Assembly: GCA_964016885.1 (NCBI GenBank)
Contig: OZ024754.1
Location: 39,246,001 to 39,310,000 of the forward strand
Length of the DNA stretch: 64,000 nucleotides
From: Eledone cirrhosa
Lineage: Eukaryota
Direction of reading: 5' to 3'
In this document: positions 1-11,768 of the stretch, piece after piece
Numbering within the stretch: position 1 is the first letter of the stretch
Layout of the letters: every line of letters starts with the position of its first letter
Program-made: the position numbers and the translations under genes
Notes under the pieces: generated by a model
What the model was told of the DNA's origin: nothing
The model's database searches: none
The model's input: the letters and a program-made list of their open reading frames with translations, nothing else

Positions 1-381
1 AATAAATATACTGAAATAGTGTCTGAAGGTATAAACGCACACATACACACACACACACACAGAAACAATATACACTTCAACATACACACACATGCTCATA
101 TACACATTAACATACTAACACATACACAATATACTCACACACACACTACATGCTCACACAATACATACACAATACACTCACTCATACTCACACACACACA
201 TATTCACTCATACAATACATACACATGCACAATACTCACACACACACACACACATATACACAGAATGAAAGTTGTTTTAGAAGATATCTCATCCATGTAA
301 AAATGCAGAAATGAATATTTTTTAACAAAAATTTCTAAAGTAAAAAATAAAAATTTATTTCTCCCTTTTTATCTGTTTTAG

Positions 382-601
382 TATGGAAGGCTCCATCTGT
401 CGACTTCCCGAAATTGTCCACTTAAAGAAAAAGTACAAGGCTTATTTGTATCTTGATGAAGCTCACAGTATTGGTGCCATTGGAGACAGTGGTAGAGGGG
501 TCTGTGAATATTTTGGAGTTGATCCAAATGACGTTGATATTATGATGGGAACATTTACTAAAAGCTTTGCTTCAGCTGGTGGATATATTGGTGGATCAAA
601 G
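382..601 (+). CDS. SPTLC2: Serine palmitoyltransferase 2-like, internal coding exon with the PLP-binding lysine motif; upstream exons lie outside the window
   Basis: Encodes (S)[34 protein letters not shown]...[19 protein letters not shown], i.e. the DEAH and GTFTKSF motifs of LCB2/SPTLC2-3 class II PLP aminotransferases. Acceptor ttttag at 380-381, donor AAG|gtaat at 601/602. Confidence 0.95.
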
Positions 602-1760
602 GTAATAAAGCAATCTTAGGTTTTTATATTTCCAAATGGGATATATTGGTGGATCAAAGGTAATAAAGCAATCTTAGGTTTTTATATTTCCAAATGGGAT
701 ATATTGGTGGATCAAAGGTAATGAGACAATCTTAGGTTTTATATTTCCAAATGGGATATATTGGTGGATCAAAGGTAATAAAGCAATCTTAGGTTTTTAT
801 ATTTCCAAATGGGATATATTGGTGGATCAAAGGTAATAAAGCAATCTTAGGTTTTTATATTTCCAAATGGGATATATTGGTGGATCAAAGGTAATAAAGC
901 AATCTTAGGTTTTTATATTTCCAAATGGGATATATTGGTGGATCAAAGGTAATGAGACAATCTTAGGTTTTATATTTCCAAATGGGATATATTGGTGGAT
1001 CAAAGGTAATAAAGCAATCTTAGGTTTTTATATTTCCAAATGGGATATATTGGTGGATCAAAGGTAATAAAGCAATCTTAGGTTTTTATATTTCCAAATG
1101 GGATATATTGGTGGATCAAAGGTAATAAAGCAATCTTAGGTTTTTATATTTCCAAATGGGATATATTGGTGGATCAAAGGTAATGAGACAATCTTAGGTT
1201 TTATATTTCCAAATGGGATATATTGGTGGATCAAAGGTAATAAAGCAATCTTAGGTTTTTATATTTCCAAATGGGATATATTGGTGGATCAAAGGTAATA
1301 AAGCAATCTTAGGTTTTTATATTTCCAAATGGGATATATTGGTGGATCAAAGGTAATAAAGCAATCTTAGGTTTTTATATTTCCAAATGGGATATATTGG
1401 TGGATCAAAGGTAATGAGACAATCTTAGGTTTTATATTTCCAAATGGGATATATTGGTGGATCAAAGGTAATAAAGCAATCTTAGGTTTTTATATTTCCA
1501 AATGGGATATATTGGTGGATCAAAGGTAATAAAGCAATCTTAGGTTTTTATATTTCCAAATGGGATATATTGGTGGATCAAAGGTAATAAAGCAATCTTA
1601 GGTTTTTATATTTCCAAATGAGATATATTGGTGGATCAAAGGTAATGAGACAATCTTAGGTTTTATATTTCCAAATGGGATATATCTCTGGATCAAAGGT
1701 AATGAGACAGTCTTAGGTTTTATATTTCCAAATGGGATATATCTGTGGATCAAAGGTAAC
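581..1760 (+). repeat. 58/57-bp minisatellite (about 20 units) derived from the exon/intron junction, with a 231-bp higher-order period
   Basis: Unit ggatatattggtggatcaaag|gtaataaagcaatcttaggtttttatatttccaaatg. The variant gtaatgagac recurs at 721, 952, 1183, 1414 and 1645. Confidence 0.95.
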
Positions 1761-1763
1761 AAG

Positions 1764-2050
1764 AAGGTGTGTGGCTTAGTGGTAAGGGTGTTAGACTTAC
1801 AATCATAATGTCATGGGTTTGATTCCTGGACTGAGTTGTGTGTTGTGTTCTTATGCAAAGCATTTCATTTCGCTCCAGTATAGTCAGATTGGTAACATAG
1901 ACATACTGGTGTAGGTACAATAGCCAGTCAGCTTGGTAACATAGACACTGGTGTAGGTACAATAGCCAGTCAGCTTGGTAACATAGACATACTGGTGTAG
2001 GGACACTAGCCAGTCAGCTTCATCAAACTCATACCTGCTGTTTGAGAGGT
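1764..2050 (+). mobile_element. Degenerate tRNA-derived SINE (second family)
   Basis: tRNA-like head: gtggcttagtggtaagg (A-box-like) and gggtttgattcc (B-box-like), then ttgtgttctt...gcatttcatttc, shared with copies at about 46590-46670 and 62816-63480. Confidence 0.6.
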
Positions 2051-2189
2051 TTTATTCTAGTAGAATATACAGCTAGTTTGAAACACAAATTTCCAATGCT
2101 TCATTCAGTAGCCTCGTAAGTTTTAAATTATTTAATAATTTAAATGAAATTTATTATTTTTTCTTCTTTTCCTCTTTCTTGTTCAACAG

Positions 2190-2316
2190 GATTTGATTAA
2201 TTATTTAAGGATCAAGTCCCACAGTAGCATGTATGCTAGCTGTATGTCACCTGCTGTAGCACAGCAAATTATCAGCACAATTAGAGTGATCTCTGGAGCT
2301 GATGGTACAACAGAAG
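2190..2316 (+). CDS. SPTLC2: SPTLC2-like coding exon
   Basis: Polypyrimidine tract and cag acceptor. Encodes DLINYLRIKSHSSMYASCMSPAVAQQIISTIRVISGADGTTE(G). Donor G|gtaagt; phase 0 in, phase 1 out. Confidence 0.93.
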
Positions 2317-3913
2317 GTAAGTCATCATGTCCACATTGCCTTTTCTTTTCTGTTTCTACTGGCCCTTTTATGGTCAAACCCTTTATTTTTCATCTCTATA
2401 ATTTAACCCTTTTGATATGAAACCACGTGAAACTGTCCCTAGTTCTATGGTACAAAACTGTTTATTCATATAAAGACCTTCCATTATAATGAAAACATCA
2501 GCTAGATTACTAATCTCTTCAGATTTCTGGTGATTTTCAAAATCACTTTAAATCTGTGGGCACTGTTTTTCATTAGAAATTATCATCAAGGCTTATGGTA
2601 ATGAAACAGTTAAAGTGTTTATATTTATCTAAAAACCTTCCATCATGATTTTATGTAATCACGTTTATATTTTAAACTTAATCAAGAATTTGGAGGGATT
2701 TAGTAATATAACTTACTCATTATTTTCAACATACTGTCTTGCATTAGAAATATGGTAATGAAAGGGTTTATGCTCCCACTCCTTCTCAATCACTTCGCTA
2801 ACTAAATTTTAGCCCACTGGTTCAAATGCCACCACAGTTAACTTTGCTTTTGATCCTGTTGAGTACCAGTCATAAATGGTGGGCTGAACTGTTAAATTAC
2901 TGGATGAACCTATCACAGTTAACTTTGTCTTTCATCCTCTCCTGAATCAATAAAACAAACATGGAATTGTTAGTGTTGGATGAGATGCATTGCAGTATTT
3001 GTTTAGCTTTTCTATGCTCTAAGTTCAAATCCCACCAAGTTTAACTATATCTTTCAGCCTTTCAGGGTCGTTAAAATAAAGTGCCAGTCCAGGGTGAACA
3101 CGATGCACCTTTAATGGGGAAAATATTATTTTTGAAATTTTTTTACCTGTCATTGTTTATTGCAAATTTTCTATTGAATAAGACCTTTAGGGAGAAGAAG
3201 CAAAAAACCACAGCTAAAGCAATTGTATCTATAGAATTTTATAATAATTTAAAGTTAGTAATTTTGTAGTTCTTTTGCACACAAAAAAACTGGACAAGCA
3301 AATGCAATGTTGTTTGGAATAGGGTTTGTTCAAATAACTTTATTAGCAAACTGTAATTCTAATGGACATTAACACAATATAAATCAGGTCTTTTTTACTG
3401 GGTCCAGAGTGCCAGAGAGAGAGACACTCCTTCTCTAAGTATCCCAAATTCATCCCTATGAAGTAATTGATAACTTTTAAAAATCTAATACATTTATTTT
3501 TTATTTTTCCACCAACCATAAATCACGGCAATGAAACAATTTTTGCAGCAAATGCCAGAAAAAGAAATCAAGTTACATCTTCAAAATTAGATGTTTCCTT
3601 TGAATAGTTTTAACTCTTGCTTGCCAAAACACCTTCAATTAAATGACTTCTCTGCATTAATGTTTTTGTGGAGATATGAATTTATTCCCAAATTTAGCAT
3701 TGTGGTGAGGGATTGGTTAGAATTCAATGAAATGGTTTGCAGAATCTGTACTGACACTTTGCATTCTGAGTCCAAATTCGGGTTCACATATAACATAACC
3801 ATAATGCTACAAGAATTGTTGCATTATGGATATGACACATTTTTATCATTTTGGGGTTGACTAATATTTTCCCGTGAGCCAATAGCTTCAGATATTTATA
3901 ACTTGTCTTTCAG

Positions 3914-4049
3914 GAAAGAAACGTATTCGCCAACTGAAATGGAATGTCCGCTATTTCCGACGTCGCCTTAATGAACTAAACGTCATCGTGTATGGAAACA
4001 AAGACTCCCCCGTGGTACCAATTCTGCTGTACATGCCCTCAAATATTGC
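3914..4049 (+). CDS. SPTLC2: SPTLC2-like coding exon (not in the ORF track)
   Basis: tttcag acceptor. Encodes (G)[44 protein letters not shown](A), the typical LCB2 YGNxDSPVVP motif. Donor GC|gtgagt; phases match the neighbouring exons. Confidence 0.93.
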
Positions 4050-4355
4050 GTGAGTTATTTCATTATTTCATCTAGAATTTCTACTCCATTCTTATCTTCC
4101 TTTATTAATTCTTAACATTCTGTAATAAATATCTAAAAATGGATTTAATACAAATGTTTACTGTATCTTTACTATTGGACAGACCTTTGAGAAGATTTGC
4201 AGTATTAAAATAAAGACATTATTGTTTAATGTGATATAGTCATAGTGTTGTTTTGTATGTGTTGTATATATCATCATTATAGTAATAATAATAAATGTGA
4301 AGAGGGCTCGATAAGGATAAATATATATCAAATATATAAAAACCCTAGAGCAAAT

Positions 4356-4501
4356 ATTTATTAAAATAACAGATTAAAGTTTAAGCAAAGAATCGCTGCT
4401 TTCACCCTTAACGGGATCTTCTTGAAACAGTTTCAGAAGATCCCGTTAAGGGTGAAAGCAGCGATTCTTTGCTTAAACTTTAATCTGTTATTTTAATAAA
4501 T
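4356..4501. repeat. Near-perfect 146-bp palindrome in a SPTLC2 intron, probably a Penelope-like terminus in inverted duplication
   Basis: Arms of about 72 bp are exact reverse complements except for one extra T. Each arm reads (c)agaagatcccgttaagggtgaaagcagcg...aataaa. Confidence 0.9.
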
Positions 4502-4607
4502 TAATATCATCATTATATATATATACACAACACACGTGCACACACAAAGTTATAAAACGTTGTTTATAACTTAAATCTTTCTCAAGACTTATCAACATAT
4601 AAATAAT

Positions 4608-4794
4608 TGTTTCTACGTTTGGCACAAGGCCAGCAATTATTCCAGTGCATTACTGGTACTTTATTTTATCGACCCCGTAAGGATGAAAGGCAAAGTTAAC
4701 CTCGGCGGGATTTGAACTCAGATCATAAAGGGAGGTAACTCTATGCTTCAAAGCATGGCGTCCGACCCTCTACCGATACTGCCAATCCACCGCC
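4608..4794 (-). mobile_element. tRNA-derived SINE (dominant family), full length, with 20-bp TSD
   Basis: Reverse complement reads gggcggtggattggcagtatcggtagag...gagttcaaatcc...ctttcatccttacggggtcgataaaataaagtaccag...agaaacaattatt. TSD cttatcaacatataaataat at 4588-4607 and 4795-4814. Confidence 0.9.
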
Positions 4795-4971
4795 CTTATC
4801 AACATATAAATAATACACATAAGATACTTCCAGTTTAACTACCTTATTAATAACAACTAAATTTATTTCTTGATAGGTCTCATGAAAGATGAAAGTGCTA
4901 TATTAAAATCATAAATGTATTACTATAATATTTTTTACCCAAAGGAACTTCTTGTGACCATTGTACTTTAT

Positions 4972-5021
<50 letters not shown>

Positions 5022-5043
5022 TATATATAAAATTTCTTTACAG

Positions 5044-5173
5044 AGAATTTGCCCGTATATCTTTGGAGAAAGGTCTTGGAGTTGTTGTTGTTGGATTTCC
5101 AGCTACACCAATCATCGAATCAAGAGCAAGATTCTGTTTGTCGGCCTCTCATACTAAAGAAATGCTAGACAGA
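5044..5173 (+). CDS. SPTLC2: SPTLC2-like coding exon
   Basis: ttacag acceptor. Encodes [43 protein letters not shown] with the conserved [16 protein letters not shown] motif. Donor AGA|gtaagt. Confidence 0.95.
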
Positions 5174-5882
5174 GTAAGTAATGTTTGTAGTGGGGCTTTT
5201 TACAATATATCTATGAAATCTTGACATTTGAATTTATATTATTAGTGAGGATTCTTTATAAAATTCACCCAGTACTCTGTAAATTGATTGTGCTAGTGTC
5301 ATGATAAAATACACTCAGTACACTCTACAAAATGGTTGGCAATTGAGCAGATACAATATAAAGTAGAGAAAGTTCTTCAGTCTGGCTGGGTACAGGGTGA
5401 CTTTTTTAGTGTTGGCGCCATGACAAAGTGCACCTAGTACACTCTGTAAAGTGACTAGCAATTAAGTGGAGATATTATCAGGTATAGAAGGCTTCCCAAT
5501 CTAGCATATGACAACCTCTTTTGTGTTGGTTCCATGATAAAAATGCACCTAGTACACTCAGTAAAATTGTAAAGTTGGTGCCAGGATAAAATCCACTTGG
5601 CACATTCTGTAAAGTAGTTGGTGTTAGGAAGGGCATCCAACCACAGAAACCATAACAAATATGGAATATATGAGCAAGTTAAGGTCTCTCCAACTTGTCT
5701 AATCTCAGACTGCAACAATCTAACTCATGCCAGCATGGCAGCCAGAGGTAAAATGGTGATGCTGATGATGATTGGAGCCACCACTAATTAATATTAACGC
5801 ACCAAATCAACACTGTATGCAAATAGGCTATCAACATAGATAGATTATTTACAAAACCTCTAAAGCAAAACAGTTGCTTCTT

Positions 5883-6147
5883 TTGTGATATCTCACTATC
5901 TGTTGTGATAGCTCACTGTCTGTTGTGATAGCTCACTGTCTGTTGTGATATCTCACTGTCTGTTGTGATATCTCACTGTCTGTTATGATATCTCACTGTC
6001 TGTTGTGATATCTCACTGTCTGTTGTGATATCTCAGTATCTGTTGTGATATCTCAGTATCTGTTGTGATATCTCAGTATCTGTTGTGATATTTCACTGCC
6101 TGTTGTGATATTTCACTGCCTGTTGTGATATCTCACTGTCTGTTGTG
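5883..6147 (+). repeat. 20-bp minisatellite, about 13 copies
   Basis: Unit tgttgtgatatctcactgtc with point variants. Confidence 0.9.
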
Positions 6148-6232
6148 TGTCAGCTTCTGTCTAAATATTTTGTGGGTATCCTCTAGAGTTTTATTTACTC
6201 TACAGAAATCTAATGTTTTTGTGTTTTGACAG

Positions 6233-6331
6233 GCCATAGTCATAATCGATGATGTTGCTAATCACCTGGGAATCAAATATTCTACAAAGAAGTTACAAAT
6301 TTTCCATGAAGATGAAGTAGAATTGATAAAG
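6233..6331 (+). CDS. SPTLC2: SPTLC2-like C-terminal coding exon
   Basis: ttttgacag acceptor. Encodes AIVIIDDVANHLGIKYSTKKLQIFHEDEVELIK, matching the LCB2 C-terminal 'I.EVG..L.LKYS' pattern. Exactly 33 codons, followed by AAG|gtaaac. Confidence 0.88.
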
Positions 6332-6480
6332 GTAAACTTACTTTTTATTTGTATTATATTTCCCCCAAACAAAATAGAAGACAACCAAGCGACAGAGAGA
6401 GACACCTGTTGTTAGAGTACCTGTAATATCTGTCATAGAACCACTACACCACTATAGTGTGGCAGAGAGAGACAACTGTT

Positions 6481-6610
6481 AATAATGATAATAATGAAAT
6501 TATTGTGTACAGTGCTCAGGTGCACTACAACTCGTCAAAGGTGCATGTATAGTACATAGAATAATGTACAAATGTCAGGGAAGTGAATAGTGTGTGTCAT
6601 GATATACATG
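6481..6610 (-). mobile_element. 5'-truncated 3' tail of a CR1-type LINE
   Basis: Reverse complement matches the 3' UTR/tail after the CR1 ORF end at 52340-52488 (tttgacgagttgtagtgcacctgagcactgtacacaataatttcattatt). Confidence 0.75.
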
Positions 6611-6709
6611 TTGTTGACAGCTTCCCTCAAATATCTTATAGAACACAGGTGTCAAACATGTTTTGGGGCCAACATTGGCCAGGTTTCTAGTGCAGCTTAC
6701 AGGGGCCAA

Positions 6710-6940
6710 ATCTGTTGTAGTAAGATCTCCTGGTGTCAGGGTTGTTGTAGTAAGATTTGCTGGTGTCAGGGTTGTTGTGGTAAGATCTGCTGGTGTCAGG
6801 GTTGTTGTAGTAAGATCTGCTGGTGTCAGGGTTGTTGTAGTAAGATCTGCTGGTGTCAGGGTTGTTGTAGCAAGATCTGCTGGTGTCAGGGTTGTTGTAG
6901 TAAGATCTGCTGGTGTCAGGGTTGTTGTAGTAAGATCTAC
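6710..6940 (+). repeat. 30-bp minisatellite, about 7.5 copies
   Basis: Unit gtaagatctgctggtgtcagggttgttgta. It produces the repetitive ORFs at 6575-7145. Confidence 0.9.
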
Positions 6941-7003
6941 ATGGAGTGAGTGGGAAGATATTTCGGTCCTATCCGATGACTTTGTTTCAGTATTGTTATT
7001 AAA

Positions 7004-7350
7004 GGGCGGTGGATTGGCAGTATCAGTAGAGTCGGACGCCATGCTTTCCAGAATAGTTACGTCCCTTTACGATCTGAGTTCAAATCCTGCCGAGGTTAAC
7101 TTTGCCTTTCATCCTTACGGGGTCGATAAAATAAAGTACCAGTAATGTACTGGGGTAATTGCTGGCCTTGTGCCAAAAGTAGAAACAGTTATTAATTGGT
7201 AAAGTGTCAGACATGCTTTGCAGCATAGTTATTGCCCTTTACATTCTGAGTTCAAATCCCGCCGAGGTTAACTTTACCGTTCATCCTTACGGGGTCGATA
7301 AAATAAAGCACCAGTAACGTACTGGGGTCGATTTAATCGACTTTCCCCTC
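7004..7350 (+). mobile_element. Two adjacent copies of the dominant tRNA-derived SINE (full copy 7004-7194, partial copy about 7205-7350)
   Basis: Same head, B box (gagttcaaatcc) and core (catccttacggggtcgataaaataa) as the copy at 4608-4794, in opposite orientation. Confidence 0.88.
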
Positions 7351-7650
7351 CCCGCAAAGGCAGGCAGCAGATGTATAGAGAGGAGTAGTATGAGGTAGTC
7401 AAACTACTCCTCTCTCTTTACGTGTTGTGACAGAATCACAGAAATTTATATATAGATAACTGGCTTTCTTATTATGTATCTAGTGTTTGGAACATAACTT
7501 AACAAAAGTTCTTACATAGGACGGATTTTTTTTTTTTTTTTTTTTTTCGTCATAGAACCAGGGTTGGGTGTGTTGGTATCAACAGAGTTAATTCTAGAAT
7601 ATTTCTACCTGATTCTTACATATTTCCTTTCTCTCTATTTCATTTTACAG

Positions 7651-7653
7651 TGA
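7651..7653 (+). CDS. SPTLC2: Probable terminal exon of the SPTLC2-like gene, contributing only the TGA stop and then 3' UTR
   Basis: Strong acceptor (tttcctttctctctatttcattttacag, ending at 7650) followed directly by TGA, in phase with the phase-0 donor at 6331. Inferred from splice signals only. Confidence 0.55.
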   Translation, partial: 

Positions 7654-7709
7654 TTGCTAATCATTGCTGAGACAGACACACTCTTTGTGTGTTGCTGGCT
7701 CCCACATCA

Positions 7710-7856
7710 CCCAGGAATCACTACCACTACCACCACCCAGGAACCACTACCACCACCCAGGAACCACTACCACCACCCAGGAACCACTACCACCACCCAG
7801 GAACCACTACCACCACCCAGGAACCACTACCACCACCCAGGAACCACTACCACCAC
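7710..7856 (+). repeat. 21-bp minisatellite, about 7 copies, in the presumed SPTLC2 3' UTR
   Basis: Unit cccaggaaccactaccaccac. Confidence 0.9.
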
Positions 7857-8039
7857 ATATTGTCAATTACAAATCAGAAAATCAGAAATATGGCCTGAAT
7901 GTTGAATATTTATTGCTGGTGAATTTCTTGGTCATCTGTTTGACCAAGTCATATATATATCTAAGCAAGGGCTTATATCATCAAAATACTGCAGTTAATG
8001 GTTCTCTCTCTATCCCTCTCTCTCTCTCTTCATGTATAC

Positions 8040-8764
8040 ATGAGTGTGTGTGGGTGTGTCTATATCTATACCTATGTATGCATGCATATATATATATATA
8101 TGCGTGTGAGTGTATGTGTAGTTTATTAAAGCTGATTCATGGGAAAAAGTATATATATATATATGTGTATGTATATATATATGTATATGTATGTATATAT
8201 ATATGTATGTGTATATATGTATGTATATATATGTGTATGTATATATATGTGTATATATATATATGTCTGTATATATATGTGTATGTATATATATATATGT
8301 GTATGTATATATATATATATATATATATGTGTATGTATAGATATATATGTGTATAGATATATATGTGTATGTATATATATATATATGTGTATGTATAGAT
8401 ATATATGTGTATGTATAGATTTATATGTGTATGTATATGTATGTGTATGTATATGTATATGTATGTGTATGTATATATATATATATATATGTATGTGTAT
8501 ATATATATATGTATGTGTATGTATATGTATATATGTATGTGTATGTATATATATATATGTATGTGTATGTATATATATATATGTATGTATATATATATAT
8601 ATGTATGTGTATGTATGTATATATATGTATGTGTATGTATGTATATATATGTATGTGTATGTATGTATATATATGTATGTGTATGTATATATGTATGTAT
8701 GTATATATGTATGTGTGTATATATGTATGTGTGTATATATATATATATGTATGTATGTATATAT

Positions 8765-8812
<48 letters not shown>

Positions 8813-8832
8813 GTATTTATATATATATTTAT
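8040..8832. repeat. (TA)n/(TATG)n compound microsatellite
   Basis: Pure AT/GT low-complexity tract. Similar tracts lie at about 10630-11990, 18200-18920, 20210-21320, 33520-33960 and 35430-35870. Confidence 0.95.
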
Positions 8833-9250
8833 AATGATAATTTTGCAATCCTAACATTCTCATCAAATTACTTTCATCAAGACAAACTAACTCTTGACCT
8901 TCTACTTCCTATACCATATACTTTGTTATTTTCTCGTTAATACTTCCATAAATAACTACAGAAAAAGAAAAAAACAACAACAGCAAAATCCAACTAAACA
9001 AAATTATTTTTACAACCTCAGGTGAAAACTGAGATTTGAAGATTTATTCAGAAAAAAATTATACAAAAATGTAACAAAAATAAATTTATCAAGGAAAGTG
9101 AGTGAACCCCACACCTTTTATATATAAATAAATAATTCATATTAATTAGTATTTTTTTTTTAGTATATGATTTTTGTTCACTTAATTTTAAATGATTGAA
9201 CCATACGATGGTATAATGTTGTACTAATAATGTGTGTCTCTATATATACA

Positions 9251-10591
9251 TATAAAGCAGTATGTTATTTGAAGGCTATGACAATTCAAAATGAACAGTA
9301 GATTTTGGAATAAATTGGAGGCAACAAAGATATAGGTGTATCACCTGTTATTTTATTAATCTGACCTAATATTTTAGGTTTAAAAAAACATTTGTCAGAA
9401 GACTATAATGAAAAAGTGGGCTTTTTGTTTGGGTGCGGTGATCTATTTATAGCTTATAGCTGCCGGAAGTGATGAGAGTAATATCATCCCTGGACTGATG
9501 TGTATAATATATGTGTGTGTTCTTGTCAAAAATTGTCTGCTTTTGTTTTTATGTCAAATTTTTCAATGCAAATGAATCAAGTTGCAATAGATTAGATAAT
9601 TTAGCTATATATGTCAAGTGTTGTGTCTAGTTGTAAATGTCTATTAGAGTTGGCTATTAAGCATGTGTGCATTATTATGTAATAAGTTACGTGTGTGCAC
9701 TTTTATGTTAAGTATTGCATGCCGAGTTATAATCTTTCGTTGATTAGTGGGTTAAGCTTAGCTATTAGCATTCCTTCTTTGATTCTAAGGTTGCTTAAGT
9801 TCCTCTCACTGGCTTCAATAGTAACTTTTATGTTTTTGTTGTTGTTTTGCATTTGTTTGTTTCCTGAAGCAGGATGCGTGTGCATTTAGATGTTCTTTAA
9901 TTAGGGCATTTAAAGGTCTAATAGTACTGCTGATGTAAAAGTCCCTGCATTTGTTACATTCAAAGCGGTATATTATGTATGTTTGCTGGCATGCATTGAC
10001 TGTTGTTGCCCCTAGGTTGCTTTTTCAATAGGTGTTCTTGTAGTGAAGGGCCTGAGTGGTCTAATTATATGTCTAGTCCCTTCTTGCAGAAGGCTCTTTG
10101 GTTCACCATGTTTATATTTTCACTGGAGTGTGCTACTTTCAGGAAGCAGGTGTTAGAGGAGGTCCTATGTTTCCAGAGTGTCAAGCCCCTAAGATGACTC
10201 ATGATGGATGTTGGGTATCCATTGACTTTTAGTATTTCCAGAAAATGTGGCATGTGGGTGACTTGGTCCTCTGCCATGCTGCATTTGTTCCAGGTATGTG
10301 TGAGATCATTCTTCACGTATCCGGTTTTAGCATTGTGGGGGAGGGCCGATTTCTAATAAAGAAGCAGGTCTCGGTAGACGGCTTTCCTATAGAAGTTGGG
10401 CTGGATGTCAGATTCTTCTTTTGTTACCCTCAGCTGGAAGTCGAGTAGGGACAGGATTTGTAGACCCAAAATGTTAGGACCAGCAAATAAATAACAGGGG
10501 ACACATCAATATCTTAGTTGCTCTCGGTTTATTCCAAAATCTACTGTCCATTTTGATTTGTCATAGCCTTCAAATAACATACTGCTTTATA
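9251..10591 (-). mobile_element. Penelope-like retroelement remnant (RT C-terminus plus GIY-YIG endonuclease) between ~135-bp inverted repeats
   Basis: Minus strand about 9980-9885 reads IIYRFECNKCRDFYISSTIRPLNALIKEHLN (GIY-YIG-like). About 10440-10200 reads ...NFYRKAVYRDLLLY*KSALPHNAK...LEILKVNGYP (PLE RT thumb-like). Inverted repeats tataaagcagtatgttatttgaaggctatgacaa... at 9251-9385 and 10457-10591. Confidence 0.75.
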
Positions 10592-10870
10592 CACTAACAC
10601 AATGCTTGAAGTAAACTACAACACCCTCATATATATATGTATGTATGTATATATATATATATATATATACTCTCAAACATATGGTGGTGTTTCTTACACC
10701 CTGTGTATGTGTGCATATATATATATTTATATATATTTATATTGTTATACTTGGGGAGGGTCATATTGTTGTAATAATATTGCCAGAAATAATAACAGAA
10801 CACACTCACAATATTTGTTTCGACACATGATTTCATATCAAAAACCTTGCAAAACAAATATATATTTATA

Positions 10871-10921
<51 letters not shown>

Positions 10922-11030
10922 TATGGGTTTGGTGTCAAGGGCAGAATTGTTATTTTTTCTTTTTGTGTGTATATTATATATAAACAAATTTTATCATATA
11001 TACATATATATATGAACATAAATACATACG

Positions 11031-11062
<32 letters not shown>

Positions 11063-11706
11063 TTCAATCGTGTTGACATTTTTTTGTTTGAACAAATACT
11101 TTTTTCAGTTGTAGCCAATGACCCCCTCCCCCTCTTTATTCTTTCCCAGTCCATAGAATACATGCTTGTGCATATATATGTGTGTATGTATATGTATTTA
11201 TATATATATGTGTATTTATATATATATATGTATTTATTTATATATATATATATATAAATAAATACATATATATATAAATACATATATATATATGTAGGTA
11301 TGTGTATTTATATATATATGTATTTATATATATATGTATTTATATATATATGTATTTATATATATATGTATTTATATATATATGTATTTATATATATATG
11401 TATTTATATATATATGTATTTATATATATATGTATTTATATATGTATGTATATATATATATGTATGTATATATATATATGTATGTATGTATATATATATA
11501 TGTATGTATATATATATATATATATATATGTATTTATATATATGTATATATATGTATGTATATATGTGTGTGTGTAATTATTTCCCTCCATTTTTCTTTC
11601 CTTAGAAAGAAATCTAAATATTGAGGCATTTCTTTTGTTGTTGAAATTGGTGGGAGGGGTAAATGACGAAAGTCCTGTTTTTATCACATTTGTTATAATT
11701 TTGTTT

Positions 11707-11768
<62 letters not shown>

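Noticed and set aside
581-1760. CRISPR-like regular repeat array (also considered for 45770-46210 and 58050-58440)
   Set aside because: Head-to-tail units without unique spacers, eukaryotic intronic context, and no cas genes.
7004-7095. tRNA gene
   Set aside because: The A/B-box-like head continues into a SINE core and tail repeated more than 15 times in the window; no proper cloverleaf.
6575-7145. Repetitive ORFs resembling mucin or Cys-rich metallothionein-like proteins
   Set aside because: Open in several frames because of a 30-bp intronic minisatellite; they run into SINE and LINE-tail sequence.
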